The translations under genes were made by a program, and so were the position numbers. Of a DNA stretch of 64,000 nucleotides, positions 52,249-62,430 are shown one piece after another. Positions within the stretch are counted from its first letter, which is position 1. The number at the start of each line of letters is the position of its first letter. The notes beneath the pieces were generated by a model. The model ran no database searches and had not been told where the DNA came from. It was given only the letters and a program-made list of their open reading frames with translations. Source of the stretch: an uncultured Acidimicrobiia bacterium (GTDB taxonomy: Bacteria; Actinomycetota; Acidimicrobiia; Spongiisociales; UBA5794); the NCBI GenBank assembly GCA_963714055.1, contig OY970227.1, positions 499,079 to 563,078 on the forward strand. Direction: 5' to 3'.

Positions 52249-53964
52249 CTACCCGGCGATGGCGGAGGACATGATGCCGGGGATGTGGCGGGGCGAGCCG
52301 TCGGTGGCGTACCGGACCAGCCGGCGGGCGGTGGTCAGCCCGGTCCGGTTGGTCGGGAACCACGGTGGCCGGACCGCCAGGTTGAGCCCGCCCCCCTTCC
52401 AGGAGCGCTGGGCCAGGAAGAACGGTCCGGTGACCACCGCCTTCTCCGGGTTGTCGAACATGAGGGCGTTGTGCACCACGCCTGCACCGCTCCCAATGGC
52501 GTCACGCCGGTTGCCCGGGTAGGCGCCCCATGGGAGCCGCGGCTGGCCGAACCCGAACCCGGTCCAGGTGTTGACGGCGACGCAGCCGTAGCGGAGGTCG
52601 GTCACCGCCGAGGTGAACCGCTCCCCCAGCTTCGATGCCGTCTCCGGATGGATGAGGAGGTTCGCCCCCAGGGTGCCGTGTAGCCGCTGGTTGGCGAAGT
52701 GGACGGCGGCGGCGAGGAAGTCGGCCGGGTCGCGGTGTGGGAGCCGGGTGGAGGCGAGCACGGAGGCGAACACCTCCTCGGTGAACACCGGGTGCGGGTC
52801 TCCGGCGGGAACGTTGCGCAGGTGGGCCCGGGGAGGCTCCCCGCCGAGCAACGCCACGTCGCCGTGGCTGTCGATGGCCGCGTCGCAGCGGTCCTCGGCG
52901 CCCGGGTAGTAGGCGGAGCGGGCGGGGAGGGCTGCGATGGTCTGCTCGATCCGGTCGACGAAGGCGTCGGTGCGGTCCCACCCGTCGGGGAGGATCATCA
53001 CCTGGGCGGCGATGCAGTTGAAGCCGGCGTTCTGCAACTTGGCGGTGGCGACCAGCTCGGCCTGGAAGCTGAGGTCGGCGTCAGTCCACGGCCCGGGGAC
53101 GACGATGAGCGGGCTCACCCCGCCGAGCTCGCTGCTGATCGGCTTGGCGAGCAGCGGCTGGTCGGCTGCGCGCCGGCGACGGCCCTCCTCGCCCGGGCCG
53201 AACACGATCGTGTTGAACGTCTCTTCGCTGCCGGTGATGTGCACGGTGTCCACACCGGGGTGCGCCACAAGGCCGGCGCCGACGTCACCCCCGCCGTACA
53301 CGATGCGCAGGAAGCCGGGCTCGATCAGCGGCTCGAACATCCTCTCGAAGATGGCGGCCAGGTAGTCGAGCACCGGGCTCATCTTGACCACCACCACCTG
53401 GCCTTCGACGAACAGCTTGTAGAGCGCGTCGAGCGCCGGGATGGCGGAGATGTTGCCGGCGCCGAGCACCACACAGACCTTGCCCTCCGGCTCCGGCTCC
53501 CGGTAGAAGGCGCCGGTCTGGCTGCCCAGCGGGGTGGCCCGGTGCTCGGGGCCGATCCACACCTCGCCCGTGTACCCCGAGAAGAGCAGCCGCTCGGTGA
53601 GCCCGACCGGGACCGAGTTCACCAGGATGCGCCCACCGGGCCCGGGCGACACCCAGTCAGGGTCGAACGTCGTCTCGCCGCGCCACAGCCGGGCTATCGA
53701 CTGGTGCAGGGCGGCAACAGTGAGGAGCGTGGTGTACGGGCCTCCCAGCCACTCCTCACCTGCGGTCGGGCTGTCCACCGGGATCCCCTTGGCGACCGCC
53801 CCGGCGGCACCCCAGGCGTCGGCGACCGCCCCGATCCGCCGGCGGAGGTCGCTCAGGATGCTCAGCCTGCGGGGGTGGGCGAGGCGGGCCCACTCGTCCT
53901 TGTGCGCCGTCAGCACGTCGACCGCTTCGTCGAGCTGGGTCGGGGTGCTGGCACGGGGAGTCAC
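52249..53964 (-). CDS. aldehyde dehydrogenase family protein
   Basis: 571 aa with an ALDH-like Rossmann/catalytic domain layout (VVLGAGNISAIPALD, catalytic-Cys context FNCIAAQ). Confidence 0.7.
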   Translation of the reverse strand: MTPRASTPTQLDEAVDVLTAHKDEWARLAHPRRLSILSDLRRRIGAVADAWGAAGAVAKGIPVDSPTAGEEWLGGPYTTLLTVAALHQSIARLWRGETTFDPDWVSPGPGGRILVNSVPVGLTERLLFSGYTGEVWIGPEHRATPLGSQTGAFYREPEPEGKVCVVLGAGNISAIPALDALYKLFVEGQVVVVKMSPVLDYLAAIFERMFEPLIEPGFLRIVYGGGDVGAGLVAHPGVDTVHITGSEETFNTIVFGPGEEGRRRRAADQPLLAKPISSELGGVSPLIVVPGPWTDADLSFQAELVATAKLQNAGFNCIAAQVMILPDGWDRTDAFVDRIEQTIAALPARSAYYPGAEDRCDAAIDSHGDVALLGGEPPRAHLRNVPAGDPHPVFTEEVFASVLASTRLPHRDPADFLAAAVHFANQRLHGTLGANLLIHPETASKLGERFTSAVTDLRYGCVAVNTWTGFGFGQPRLPWGAYPGNRRDAIGSGAGVVHNALMFDNPEKAVVTGPFFLAQRSWKGGGLNLAVRPPWFPTNRTGLTTARRLVRYATDGSPRHIPGIMSSAIAG

Positions 53965-54006
53965 CGGCAGAACGATAGGGCCGGTCGCCGCCGCCGGGTG
54001 ACCGTC

Positions 54007-54408
54007 CTACCCGGCGACGTAGCGGGCGAGGGCGACGTCCATGCCCTCCGGCAGGCGGACCGGCCGCCCGTCCCGGTTGGTGGCGACCACCACGATCTCC
54101 TGTTCGGCGATCACCTCGCCGCCACGACGCATCGTCTGCCGCCACCGGCTCGACGCCCGCCTGATCTGAGCCACCTCGGTTTCGACCTCGAGCTCGTCGC
54201 CGGAGCCGGCCGAGGCGAGGTACCGGACGTGCAACTCGCCGACCACCAGCTGGTAGCCCCGCTCCAGCAGCGGCCCGATCCCCATGCCGACCTCTTCGAG
54301 CAACTCGATGCGGGCCACCTCGAAGTACTGGATGTAGGCGGCGTGGTTGACGTGGTCGTACGGGTCTAGCTCGTAGAAGCGGACCTTGATCCGGGTGCGG
54401 TGGCTCAT
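54007..54408 (-). CDS. acyl-CoA thioesterase (4HBT/YbgC hotdog fold)
   Basis: RIKVRFYELDPYDHVNHAAYIQYFEVARIELL is the hotdog thioesterase signature. Confidence 0.75.
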   Translation of the reverse strand: MSHRTRIKVRFYELDPYDHVNHAAYIQYFEVARIELLEEVGMGIGPLLERGYQLVVGELHVRYLASAGSGDELEVETEVAQIRRASSRWRQTMRRGGEVIAEQEIVVVATNRDGRPVRLPEGMDVALARYVAG

Positions 54409-54418
54409 CGGCACGAAA

Positions 54419-54889
54419 TTAACGGGTCCCATTGGTGGCGCCGGGGAAGCCCAGCCTCCGCCAACCGTCGTAGACGACGACGGCGACGGCGTTGGCGAGG
54501 TTGAGGCTCCTGCCGGCGGGAGTGACCGGGATGCGCACCGTGGCGGTCACCGCGGGATGGGCGAGCAGCTCTTCGGGTAGGCCGCCGGACTCGGCGCCGA
54601 AGAGCAAGGCGTCGCCGACGGCGTGGTCGACGGTGTCGTAGCGCACCGCCCCCTTCCCGGTGTAGGCGTAGAGCCGAGCAGGAGCAAGGGCCTCGACCAT
54701 CGCCTCGAAGTCGGCGTGCTCGGTGACGGTGGCCCGCTCCCGGTAGTCGAGCCCGGCGCGGCGCACCCGGCGCTCGTCGAGCTCGAACCCGAGCGGGTGA
54801 ACCAGGTGGAGCCGGCAACCGGTGTTGACCGACAGCCTCATGAGGTTCCCGGTGTTGGGGGCGATCTCGGGCCGGTGGAGGACGACGTC
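54419..54889 (-). CDS. trmL: tRNA (cytidine/uridine-2'-O)-methyltransferase TrmL (SpoU family)
   Basis: FDVVLHRPEIAPNTGNLMRLSVNTGCRLHLVHPLGF closely matches the TrmL N-terminus and the SPOUT knot motifs. A canonical start codon is not evident (the first in-frame codon is CTG). Confidence 0.7.
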   Translation of the reverse strand, partial: DVVLHRPEIAPNTGNLMRLSVNTGCRLHLVHPLGFELDERRVRRAGLDYRERATVTEHADFEAMVEALAPARLYAYTGKGAVRYDTVDHAVGDALLFGAESGGLPEELLAHPAVTATVRIPVTPAGRSLNLANAVAVVVYDGWRRLGFPGATNGTR

Positions 54890-54903
54890 GAACAGGTGAC
54901 CGC

Positions 54904-56553
54904 TCAGCCGGGGACCGCCTTGGCGGAGATGGCGGCGGTGTCGACACCGGTGGGCAGCGTCCCGTAGAGGTGCCCACCGCCACCGGCGACCCGGGTGGCG
55001 ATGAAGGCCTCGGCCACCACCGGATCGGCGTGGCGGACCAGCAGCGATGCCGCCAGCACGGCCGCCATCGAGCCGGCCAGCCGGCGGGCGTCCCCCTCGA
55101 CCCCGGCGCCGCCTCGCATCACCCTGGCGAGGTCGTCGATGGCGCCATCGAGCGCGGAATCCGCCCCCCTGGTGACCTCGACCTCGGACATCAGCGCCGC
55201 GACGGTCTCCGGCCAAGTCTGCTGCGCCCTCAGCACGTCGAGGGCGATGACGTTCCCCGAGCCCTCCCAGATGGCATTGAGCGGCGACTCGCGCAAGAGG
55301 CGGGGCATGATCGACTCCTCGACGTAGCCGTTGCCGCCGAGGCACTCCATCGCCTCGTGCACCACTTCGGTGCACCGCTTGGTCACCCAGTACTTGGCCA
55401 CCGGGGTGACGATCCGCCGCAGCGCCGCCTCGTGCTCGTCCTGTCCGGCGCGGTCGAAGGTGGCCGCCGTCCTGGCCATCAACGCCTCGGCGGCCTCGAC
55501 CTCCACCTCGAGGTCGGCGACCACATTGGCCATCAGCGGCTTGTCGATGAGCACCGAGCCGAAGGCGCGCCGGTGGGCCACGTGGTGGGCGGCCTGGGCG
55601 ACCGCCTGCCGCATCAACGCCGCCGAGCCGGTGACGCAGTCGAGCCTGGTTACGTTGACCATCTCGAGGATGGTGGCAACGCCCCTCCCCTCCTCCCCCA
55701 CCATGCGGGCCCATGCCCCGTCGAGCTCGATCTCGGCCGAGGCGTTCGACCGGTTGCCCAGCTTGTCCTTCAGCCGCAAGATGTGCAGGGTGTTGCGCTC
55801 CCCGTCGGGGGTCCACCGGGGAACCAGGAAACACGACAGCCCCGCCGGTGCCCTGGCCAGCATGAGGAAGGCGTCGTTCATCGGCGCCGAGGTGAACCAC
55901 TTGTGCCCGGTGAGGAGGTACCCGGCGCCGGGGCCACCGCCGTCGACCGGAACCGCCGCAGTGGTGTTGGACCGGACGTCGGAGCCGCCCTGCTTCTCGG
56001 TCATCCCCATCCCGACCAGCACCCCGGCCTTCTTCTCCGCAGGCAGGGAAGCAGGGTCGTAGGTGCGGGAGAGGAGACGAGGCTCCCACTCGGCGGCGAC
56101 GTCGGGTTGGAGGCGGAGCGTCGGCACCGCAGCGGTGGTCATCGAGATCGGGCACCAGTGGCCGGCTTCCACCTGTGAGGCCACGTAGGTGAGCGCCGCC
56201 CGTTCCACGAATCCATGTGGGCTCGGTCCCGACCGTGCTTCCCAGGGCATCGAGTGGAGCCCTCCCGAAACGGCGAGGTCGAGCAGCCGGTGCCACGCCG
56301 GGTGGAACTCCACCTCGTCGATCCGGTGCCCGTACCGGTCGTGGGTGTGGAGCAGCGGCGGATTGCGGTTCGCCAGGAACCCCAGCTCGATCACATCGGC
56401 GGAGCCCATGAGGCGACCGTGCTCGACCAGGCGGGCGTGGTCGGCCCCGGGTGCGAACTGCTCGACCAGCGCAGGCAGCAGCGGGTCGGTGGCGTAGAGG
56501 TTGTAGTCGACCAGCGGCGGCGGCTGGTTCTCGACGGTGTGGGTCGCCGGCAT
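54904..56553 (-). CDS. acyl-CoA dehydrogenase family protein (AidB-like)
   Basis: 549 aa with the ACAD middle beta-domain and a C-terminal helical domain (GGNGYVEESIMPRLLRESPLNAIWEGSGN). Confidence 0.8.
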   Translation of the reverse strand: MPATHTVENQPPPLVDYNLYATDPLLPALVEQFAPGADHARLVEHGRLMGSADVIELGFLANRNPPLLHTHDRYGHRIDEVEFHPAWHRLLDLAVSGGLHSMPWEARSGPSPHGFVERAALTYVASQVEAGHWCPISMTTAAVPTLRLQPDVAAEWEPRLLSRTYDPASLPAEKKAGVLVGMGMTEKQGGSDVRSNTTAAVPVDGGGPGAGYLLTGHKWFTSAPMNDAFLMLARAPAGLSCFLVPRWTPDGERNTLHILRLKDKLGNRSNASAEIELDGAWARMVGEEGRGVATILEMVNVTRLDCVTGSAALMRQAVAQAAHHVAHRRAFGSVLIDKPLMANVVADLEVEVEAAEALMARTAATFDRAGQDEHEAALRRIVTPVAKYWVTKRCTEVVHEAMECLGGNGYVEESIMPRLLRESPLNAIWEGSGNVIALDVLRAQQTWPETVAALMSEVEVTRGADSALDGAIDDLARVMRGGAGVEGDARRLAGSMAAVLAASLLVRHADPVVAEAFIATRVAGGGGHLYGTLPTGVDTAAISAKAVPG

Positions 56554-56745
56554 GTCCCGAGCCTACGACGCCGTGCCGGACGCCGGACCGGTTGCGGAGC
56601 CGTGCAAGGCACGCCAGCTACGCCGCCCGACGCACCGCTCTACCCGGGTCGGCGCAGCGTCGAGAGGTGCCTGGGGTCACCACGGGCCGCTGACTGTCGT
56701 AACCACGGTCACCACCGTCGGGACGGCGATCGACTGAATTCCCCG

Positions 56746-56915
56746 AACCTGAGGCCCTGGCATATCGCACCGATAGGTAATTGCATCACGTACGGGGACG
56801 ACCGCGGTCGGCCGCGCACTCGAGACAATCGCGCACCGCTCCGGTGTCTGAGGTCCTCAGGTTCAACATCAGGCGATCACCTATCGCTCCGAAGGGTCAG
56901 GACCTCAGGTTCGCC
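56746..56915. repeat. copies 3 and 4 of the ~50-bp palindromic dispersed element; copy 4 is flanked by terminal inverted repeats
   Basis: Copy 3 (56746-56795) is gaacctgaggccctggcatatcgcaccgataggtaattgca. Copy 4 (56848-56915) is ctgaggtcctcaggttc...tcaggcgatcacctatcgctccga...tcaggacctcaggttc. Both lie in the divergent promoter region. Confidence 0.7.
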
Positions 56916-56978
56916 GCGGTTTCGGCTCGAACGACGTCCCGTCAAACAGTGCTCGGACGCCGGGTGCATCATGGGGAG

Positions 56979-57800
56979 ATGCCCATCGCACCGACACGGC
57001 CCATCCGGGTCGCCGCCCAGCTCCACCCACAGCATGGCGCCTACCACGACATCAGGCGGGCCGCCGCCGAGGCGGAGCAGCTCGGCTACGACATCGTCTA
57101 CAACTGGGACCACTTCTACCCGCTGTACGGCGACCCCGACGGGGCGCACCTCGAGTGCTGGACCGTGCTCGCCGCTCTCGCCGAAGCGACCGAGCGCATC
57201 GAGATCGGCCCCCTGGTCGCCTGCAACTCCTACCGCAACCCCCACCTCGTCGCCGACATGGCCCGCACCATCGACCATGTCTCGACGGGACGGTTCATCC
57301 TCGGCCTCGGGTCGGGCTGGGCGCGGCGGGACTACGACGAGTACGGGTACCCGTTCGGGACCCGGGCGTCGAGGCTGCGCCACCTGGAGCGCAACCTGCC
57401 CGAGATCGAGCGCCGGCTGGGAGCGCTCAATCCGCCCCCGGTGCGGAAGATGCCGATACTCATCGCCGGGACCGGCGAGCAGATCACCCTCAAGCTGGTG
57501 GCGCGCCACGCCGACTCCTGGCACGCCTCCTTCCCGGAGCACCCCGACGAGCTCGCCCCCAAGGTGGAGGTGCTGCTGCGGTGGTGCCAAGCGGAAGGAC
57601 GGGATCCCGCAGCTATCGAACGGGGCCTCGGCGTCGAGCCCGACGACCTCGGCCGCTTCCTCGGGTCGGATGCCGACAGCTACGTCGCCATGGGCTTCAC
57701 CCAGTTCACGCTCGGCTTCAACGGCCCCGACTGGAAGGTGGACGCAGGGGCCGACTGGCTCGCCTGGCGGGACGACAGGAACCGCGGCGTCACCGGCTGA
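56979..57800 (+). CDS. LLM-class (luciferase-like) F420-dependent oxidoreductase
   Basis: 273 aa TIM-barrel LLM motif run (VAAQLHPQHG...YDIVYNWDHF...FILGLGSGW). Confidence 0.75.
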   Translation: MPIAPTRPIRVAAQLHPQHGAYHDIRRAAAEAEQLGYDIVYNWDHFYPLYGDPDGAHLECWTVLAALAEATERIEIGPLVACNSYRNPHLVADMARTIDHVSTGRFILGLGSGWARRDYDEYGYPFGTRASRLRHLERNLPEIERRLGALNPPPVRKMPILIAGTGEQITLKLVARHADSWHASFPEHPDELAPKVEVLLRWCQAEGRDPAAIERGLGVEPDDLGRFLGSDADSYVAMGFTQFTLGFNGPDWKVDAGADWLAWRDDRNRGVTG

Positions 57801-58296
57801 CGAGCGAGAGCGCAGGCGCCAGCCACGGGGTGTAGCGCTCGGGGCGGACGGTCACGTCGGCGGCGAGGGCGTCGATCGATACCCATTGCCAACCGTCCAC
57901 CTCGGCCGGATTCGGCGAAGGGTCGCCGTGGTGACGCCCGACCAGGACGTGGTCCAGCTCGTGCTCGACGAGGCCGCTGACCGGGTCCTCGGCCCGGTAC
58001 AAGAAGGTCCCGACGTCGTCGAGGGGCACCCTCAGCCCCATCTCCTCGACCAGCCGGCGGCTGCCGGCGGTCAGCACGTCCTCGTCCGGACGGGGGTGGC
58101 TGCAGCAGCTGTTCGACCACAGCCCGCCGAAGTGGTGTTTGCGTGACGACCGGCGCTGGAGGAGCGTGTTCCCCTCACCGTCGACCACGAACACCGAGAA
58201 CGCCAGGTGCAGCCGGCCACCGTGGCGGTGGGCGGCCAGCTTCTCTTCGCTGCCCAGAACCCGACCGGCCTCGTCGACCAGGACGACTCGCTCCAT
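57790..58296 (-). CDS. idi: isopentenyl-diphosphate delta-isomerase type 1 (Nudix)
   Basis: LHLAFSVFVVDGEGNTLLQRRSSRKHHFGGLWSNSCCSHP...EE matches the IDI-1 Nudix/metal motifs. Confidence 0.85.
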   Translation of the reverse strand: MERVVLVDEAGRVLGSEEKLAAHRHGGRLHLAFSVFVVDGEGNTLLQRRSSRKHHFGGLWSNSCCSHPRPDEDVLTAGSRRLVEEMGLRVPLDDVGTFLYRAEDPVSGLVEHELDHVLVGRHHGDPSPNPAEVDGWQWVSIDALAADVTVRPERYTPWLAPALSLVSR

Positions 58297-58339
58297 CGCC
58301 GGGCAATCTAGGGAAGGTGCTCTGCCGCCCGCTCGCCTT

Positions 58340-58513
58340 CCTACCGCGGGTGACGGGACTTGGACCGCGGGCTGCGACCGGCGTCGCCGACCGCCCTGGA
58401 CAGGAGGAACTCGATCTGGGCGTTGACGCTACGCAGGTCGTCGGCGGCCCACTTCTCCAGGGCGGCGTGGAGTTTCGGGTCGATCCTGAGCAGGAAGCTC
58501 TTCCGCTCGGCCA
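58340..58513 (-). CDS. Arc-like ribbon-helix-helix small DNA-binding protein (57 aa, absent from ORF track)
   Basis: [42 protein letters not shown]. Its ATG lies 3 nt after the SPFH stop. Confidence 0.5.
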
Positions 58514-58517
58514 TCGG

Positions 58518-59396
58518 CTACTGGTAGAGCGTGCCGGCGTTGAGGACCGGTTGGGCGGCGTGCTCGCTGCAGAGGACGACCAGCAGGTTGGAGACCATGG
58601 CGGCCTTGCGCTCCTCGTCGAGCTCGACGATCCCCTGGCTGCTCAACATCTCCAAGGCGTGCTCGACCATTCCGACGGCGCCCTCGACGATCCGTCGCCT
58701 CGCCGCCACCACCGCCTCCGCCTGCTGGCGACGCAGCATGTCTGCCGCGATCTCCGGGGCGTAGGCGAGCCGGCGCAACTGGCTGCGGATCACCTCCAGG
58801 CCGGCCATGGTCAGCTGCTCCTGGAGCTCCGTGTGCAGCGAGGCCGTCACCTCGTCGGCGTCGGCCCGCAGCGAGTGCTGACCCTCCTCGTACGCATCGT
58901 ACGGATAGAGCGAAGCCATGTGGCGGACGGCGGTCTCGGTCTGGATCCTCACGTAGTCCTCGTAGTCCTCGACGGAGAAGGCCGCCCGTGCCGTGTCGGC
59001 GACCCGCCACACGATCACCGCGGCGACCTCGATCGGGTTGCCGTTGGCATCGTTCACCTTCAGCGTCTCGCTGTCGAAGTTCTGCACCCGCACGCTGATG
59101 GCGCGGCGATTGGTCAACGGCCAGGTCCACCACACCCCGTTCCGGCTGATCGTGCCCAGGTAACGGCCGAAGAAGAGCACGACCTTCGAGATGTTGGGGT
59201 CGTTGACCAGGAAGCCGGTCGCTACCAGGACGCCGACGACGATCAGCAGGACGCCGAGAACGACGTGCCACACCTGGAGATCGGCGGCATTCGCCACCAG
59301 CAGCCAGATGCCGCCGCCCAGCAACGCCAGGTCCACCAGGATCATCAGCAACCCGTTGACGGCGACGGCCTCGCGCTCCTGCATCACAACCTCCAT
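58518..59396 (-). CDS. SPFH / band-7 (stomatin-prohibitin-like) membrane protein
   Basis: N-terminal TM helices, then the SPFH domain (VQNFDSETLKVNDANGNPIEVAAVIVWRVAD). Confidence 0.8.
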   Translation of the reverse strand: MEVVMQEREAVAVNGLLMILVDLALLGGGIWLLVANAADLQVWHVVLGVLLIVVGVLVATGFLVNDPNISKVVLFFGRYLGTISRNGVWWTWPLTNRRAISVRVQNFDSETLKVNDANGNPIEVAAVIVWRVADTARAAFSVEDYEDYVRIQTETAVRHMASLYPYDAYEEGQHSLRADADEVTASLHTELQEQLTMAGLEVIRSQLRRLAYAPEIAADMLRRQQAEAVVAARRRIVEGAVGMVEHALEMLSSQGIVELDEERKAAMVSNLLVVLCSEHAAQPVLNAGTLYQ

Positions 59397-59542
59397 TGTC
59401 GAGCGACCGATATCACAATGATATCACCCACGACCGGGAGAGCCGGCCGTGACCGACGCGTGAAAGGGGGCGGCACTCGGGCCGCCCCCTTCACTCAGCC
59501 GATCTGACGACGGGCTTTGGCGCTCCCGTCGCCGAGTAGGCC

Positions 59543-61100
59543 TCAGCTGACGGTGCCTTCCGGTCCCGCCGGCGGCGGGATCACGAAGTTGCCCGGCACA
59601 GGACGGCCGGGGACACCGTTGATCGTCTCCGTCGAGTAGGCGTAGGTCAACACGGCGAAGGCGATGGCATCGGCGTTGGTCCGCAGCGCATGGGCGTTGA
59701 AGTTGTCCCTGGTGTCGCAGGCCAGGTGGTAGCAGGGGTCGTACTGGGCCCCCTCCACCCCGCCCCAGATCGCCACCTGCTCGGCGGTCTTCGGCACCTC
59801 GGCGCCGGTGAACAGGCCGCCGGCCGGGATGTCGGCGAGGATGAACGCCTCGTAATCGCTCCGCCCGCTGAACTCGGCGTCGTCGTAGGGCTGGCCGGTC
59901 AGCGTGAAGAACGACTCGAACGTGTCCTCGATCTCGATCGAGCCATCCGGTACCGGCACCGGAGCCACGAACCCGGACTCGTCGCCGTCGTACACCATGA
60001 AGATGTAGTTCGGCGATCCGACCATGTCGAAGTTCAGGTAGAGGGCGATCCGAGCCAGCTCGGTCTCGTCGAGGCTCTCCACGTAGGCGGCCGACCCCAG
60101 CAGGCCGTCCTCCTCGGCGCCCCACCAGGCGAACCGCAACGTGTTCTGCGGTGTGTGGTTGCCCAGCTGCTCGGCCACCTCCAACAGAGCCGCCGAACCG
60201 GAGCCGTTGTCGTTGATCCCCGGACCGGCCTGCACCGAGTCCAGGTGGCCGCCTGCCATCACCACGTTGTCGTCGTTGACGCCGGGCAGCTCGGCGATGA
60301 TGTTCACCTGTGGCCTCTCCTCCGGCGGGTCGACGTCGATGAACGCCGTCGAACCGGCCGGCCGACAGCGCCTCACCGTCGGCGAACGAGGCACCGACCA
60401 CCGGGATGGTGACTGCGGCGCCGTCCGGGAGCAGCGTGCCCACGATCAGCCCTTCGCGGGTCGGGTCGTTGCCCTGGTTGAAGATGATCACCGCCTCGGC
60501 TCCGGCGTTCTGGGCGTTGATCGCCTTGACCCCGAAGGTGCACGTGCCCCGCTGGATCAGGGCGATGTCCGAGTCGCCGGAGAAGTCGGCGGTGAAGTCG
60601 GTGGCCTCGCACCCGCTGGTGACGGGATCCCGGGGAAGCACCAGGTTGATGTCGACCGGGATCACGTTTCCGGTGATCTCTCCCGAGCCCGATCCGGTGA
60701 ACGGACCGGTCTCGTAGACGGCGTCGACCGGGGTCAACTGCTGCAGGGTCGCCGGCGGGATGAACGTGAACGGGAACTCGTGCAGCTCCACGCTCCATCC
60801 TGCCGACTCCAACCGGTCGACCACGTAGTCGACGCTGGCGTCGTACCCCGGCGTACCGGCGGCACGGGTGCCGCCGTTGGCGTCGGCGATCCTCTGGAGT
60901 GCGTTCTGGTGGGCGCGGACCTGGTCGAGCCGCACGCACTGGAGAAGCTTCTGGTACGTGTTGTTGTCGCGATTGTCGCAGGCGGCCTGCGACGGCGCCG
61001 CCGAAGCGGCGGTGGCCGGCAGCAGCACCATCACCAGCGCGGCCACCGCGCTCAGTGCTGCGAAGCGACGTCGCCGATTCCCTCGATCCCCGGATGGCAT
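59543..61100 (-). CDS. secreted M28-family aminopeptidase with PA domain; apparent frameshift (~60385)
   Basis: Signal peptide with a strong GGGAGGAGG RBS. PA domain (IALIQRGTCTFGVKAINAQNAGAEAVIIFNQGND). The catalytic domain (NIIAELPGVNDDNVVMAGGHLDSVQAGPGINDNGSGSAALLE) is in the adjacent frame. The shift occurs in a gccggccgg run. Confidence 0.7.
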
Positions 61101-61109
61101 CGCTGCCTC

Positions 61110-62231
61110 CTCCCTCGGATCGGCCGCGGGGCCGGATCCGTCGACATGTCTCCCGATACACCTTACGGACTCGAGCCCGGCGATGCAGAACCGTGCCCCG
61201 GTCCCCGGCCGCCGCTTCAGCAGTTGATCAGGAGCCTCGCCCCGGCAGGTGTCGACGCCGGCCCCGCCGTTGACGACGTCGATGCCCAGGCCGCCGATCA
61301 ATGTGTCGGCCCCGGCCTGGCCCCGGAGCCCGTCGCCGCCGGCACCGCCGACGATGCGGTCGCCGCCGGCCTGCCCGTCGAGATCGTCGCCACCGGGACC
61401 GCCGTAGATGTCATCGGCGCCGGCGTTTCCGTCGATGTCGTCCGGACCGGCACCCCCACAGATGAGGTCATTGCCGCCCCGGCCGTCGATGTCGTCGGCG
61501 CCGCCCAGCCCATGGATGACATCGCGACCCGAAGTCCCCTCGAGGACGTTGGCGCCGGAGCTGCCCACCATCGTCACCGCCGCCCCGTTGCACTCCACGA
61601 GCCAGCCGTCGTCGTCGAACCAGTCCACCAGCTGGTCCGCCACCAGCGTGACGCCGGACGAGTTGAGATGGCAGAGGTCGAGGCTGAGCAGGCCGGTGGG
61701 GAGCGGGCCGGTGACCGGGCCCGGGTCGATCCCCAGGTTGGCGACACCCCAGGAGACCGTGGCCAGTCCCGTGGCGAAGGCATCAGGCCCGACGCGGGAG
61801 CAGACATGACCGCCTCCGTACTCGTTGATCGGCGACACGTACACCGGGATGTCCGGGTCTCGCGAGCGGATCTGGTCCACCACCTCGGTGAGCAGCACGT
61901 TCGGGTCGTGGTCGTCGTTCGCCCTCAGGCACAACATGACCCAAGCCGCCTGGTAGCCGTCGCTCGGTCGCGAGGCGTCGTACCGACCCCAGGCGGCGGG
62001 ATGGCTGGAGACGTCGGGGTCACCCCACACATCGAAGGACAGCCCACCCATCGGGTAGTACGGCATCTGGTCGATCTCCGAGGCGGTCAGGTATCCCCGG
62101 ACGTGCTGGGCGGTGTTCGAGCACCCGACGACACCGAGCGTGCCCGCCGGGAAGGGCGGTGTCGCCGGTCCGGCATCGGAACCAGCGGCGCCCATCGGGA
62201 CGAGGAAGACGACCAGCAGCAACGACCCCAT
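61110..62231 (-). CDS. secreted protein: N-terminal ~230-aa domain of unknown function plus RTX-type calcium-binding repeats (paralogous repeat/C-terminal region to the 23512 gene)
   Basis: Signal MGSLLLVVFLVPMGAAG, then GGxGxDxL repeats ending GVDTCRGEAP (compare GSDTCHGAPG in the 23512 gene). No stop precedes the M28 start in this frame, so the true 3' end is unclear. Confidence 0.5.
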
Positions 62232-62430
62232 CACCGAGCGGGCGACGGATCGGACGCTGATGACCCCGAGATGGGCGCGCCTCGACACGCCGTCGACCCT
62301 ATGGGATCCCCGTCACCGGCGCATCACCGGGCGGGTGACACCGCCAGACCAACGTCTCCCGGTCGCGCGGGACGTCGCCGCATCGGCCTGCAGCAGCATC
62401 GGGCAGCGTCCGATCATGACACACGCACAC

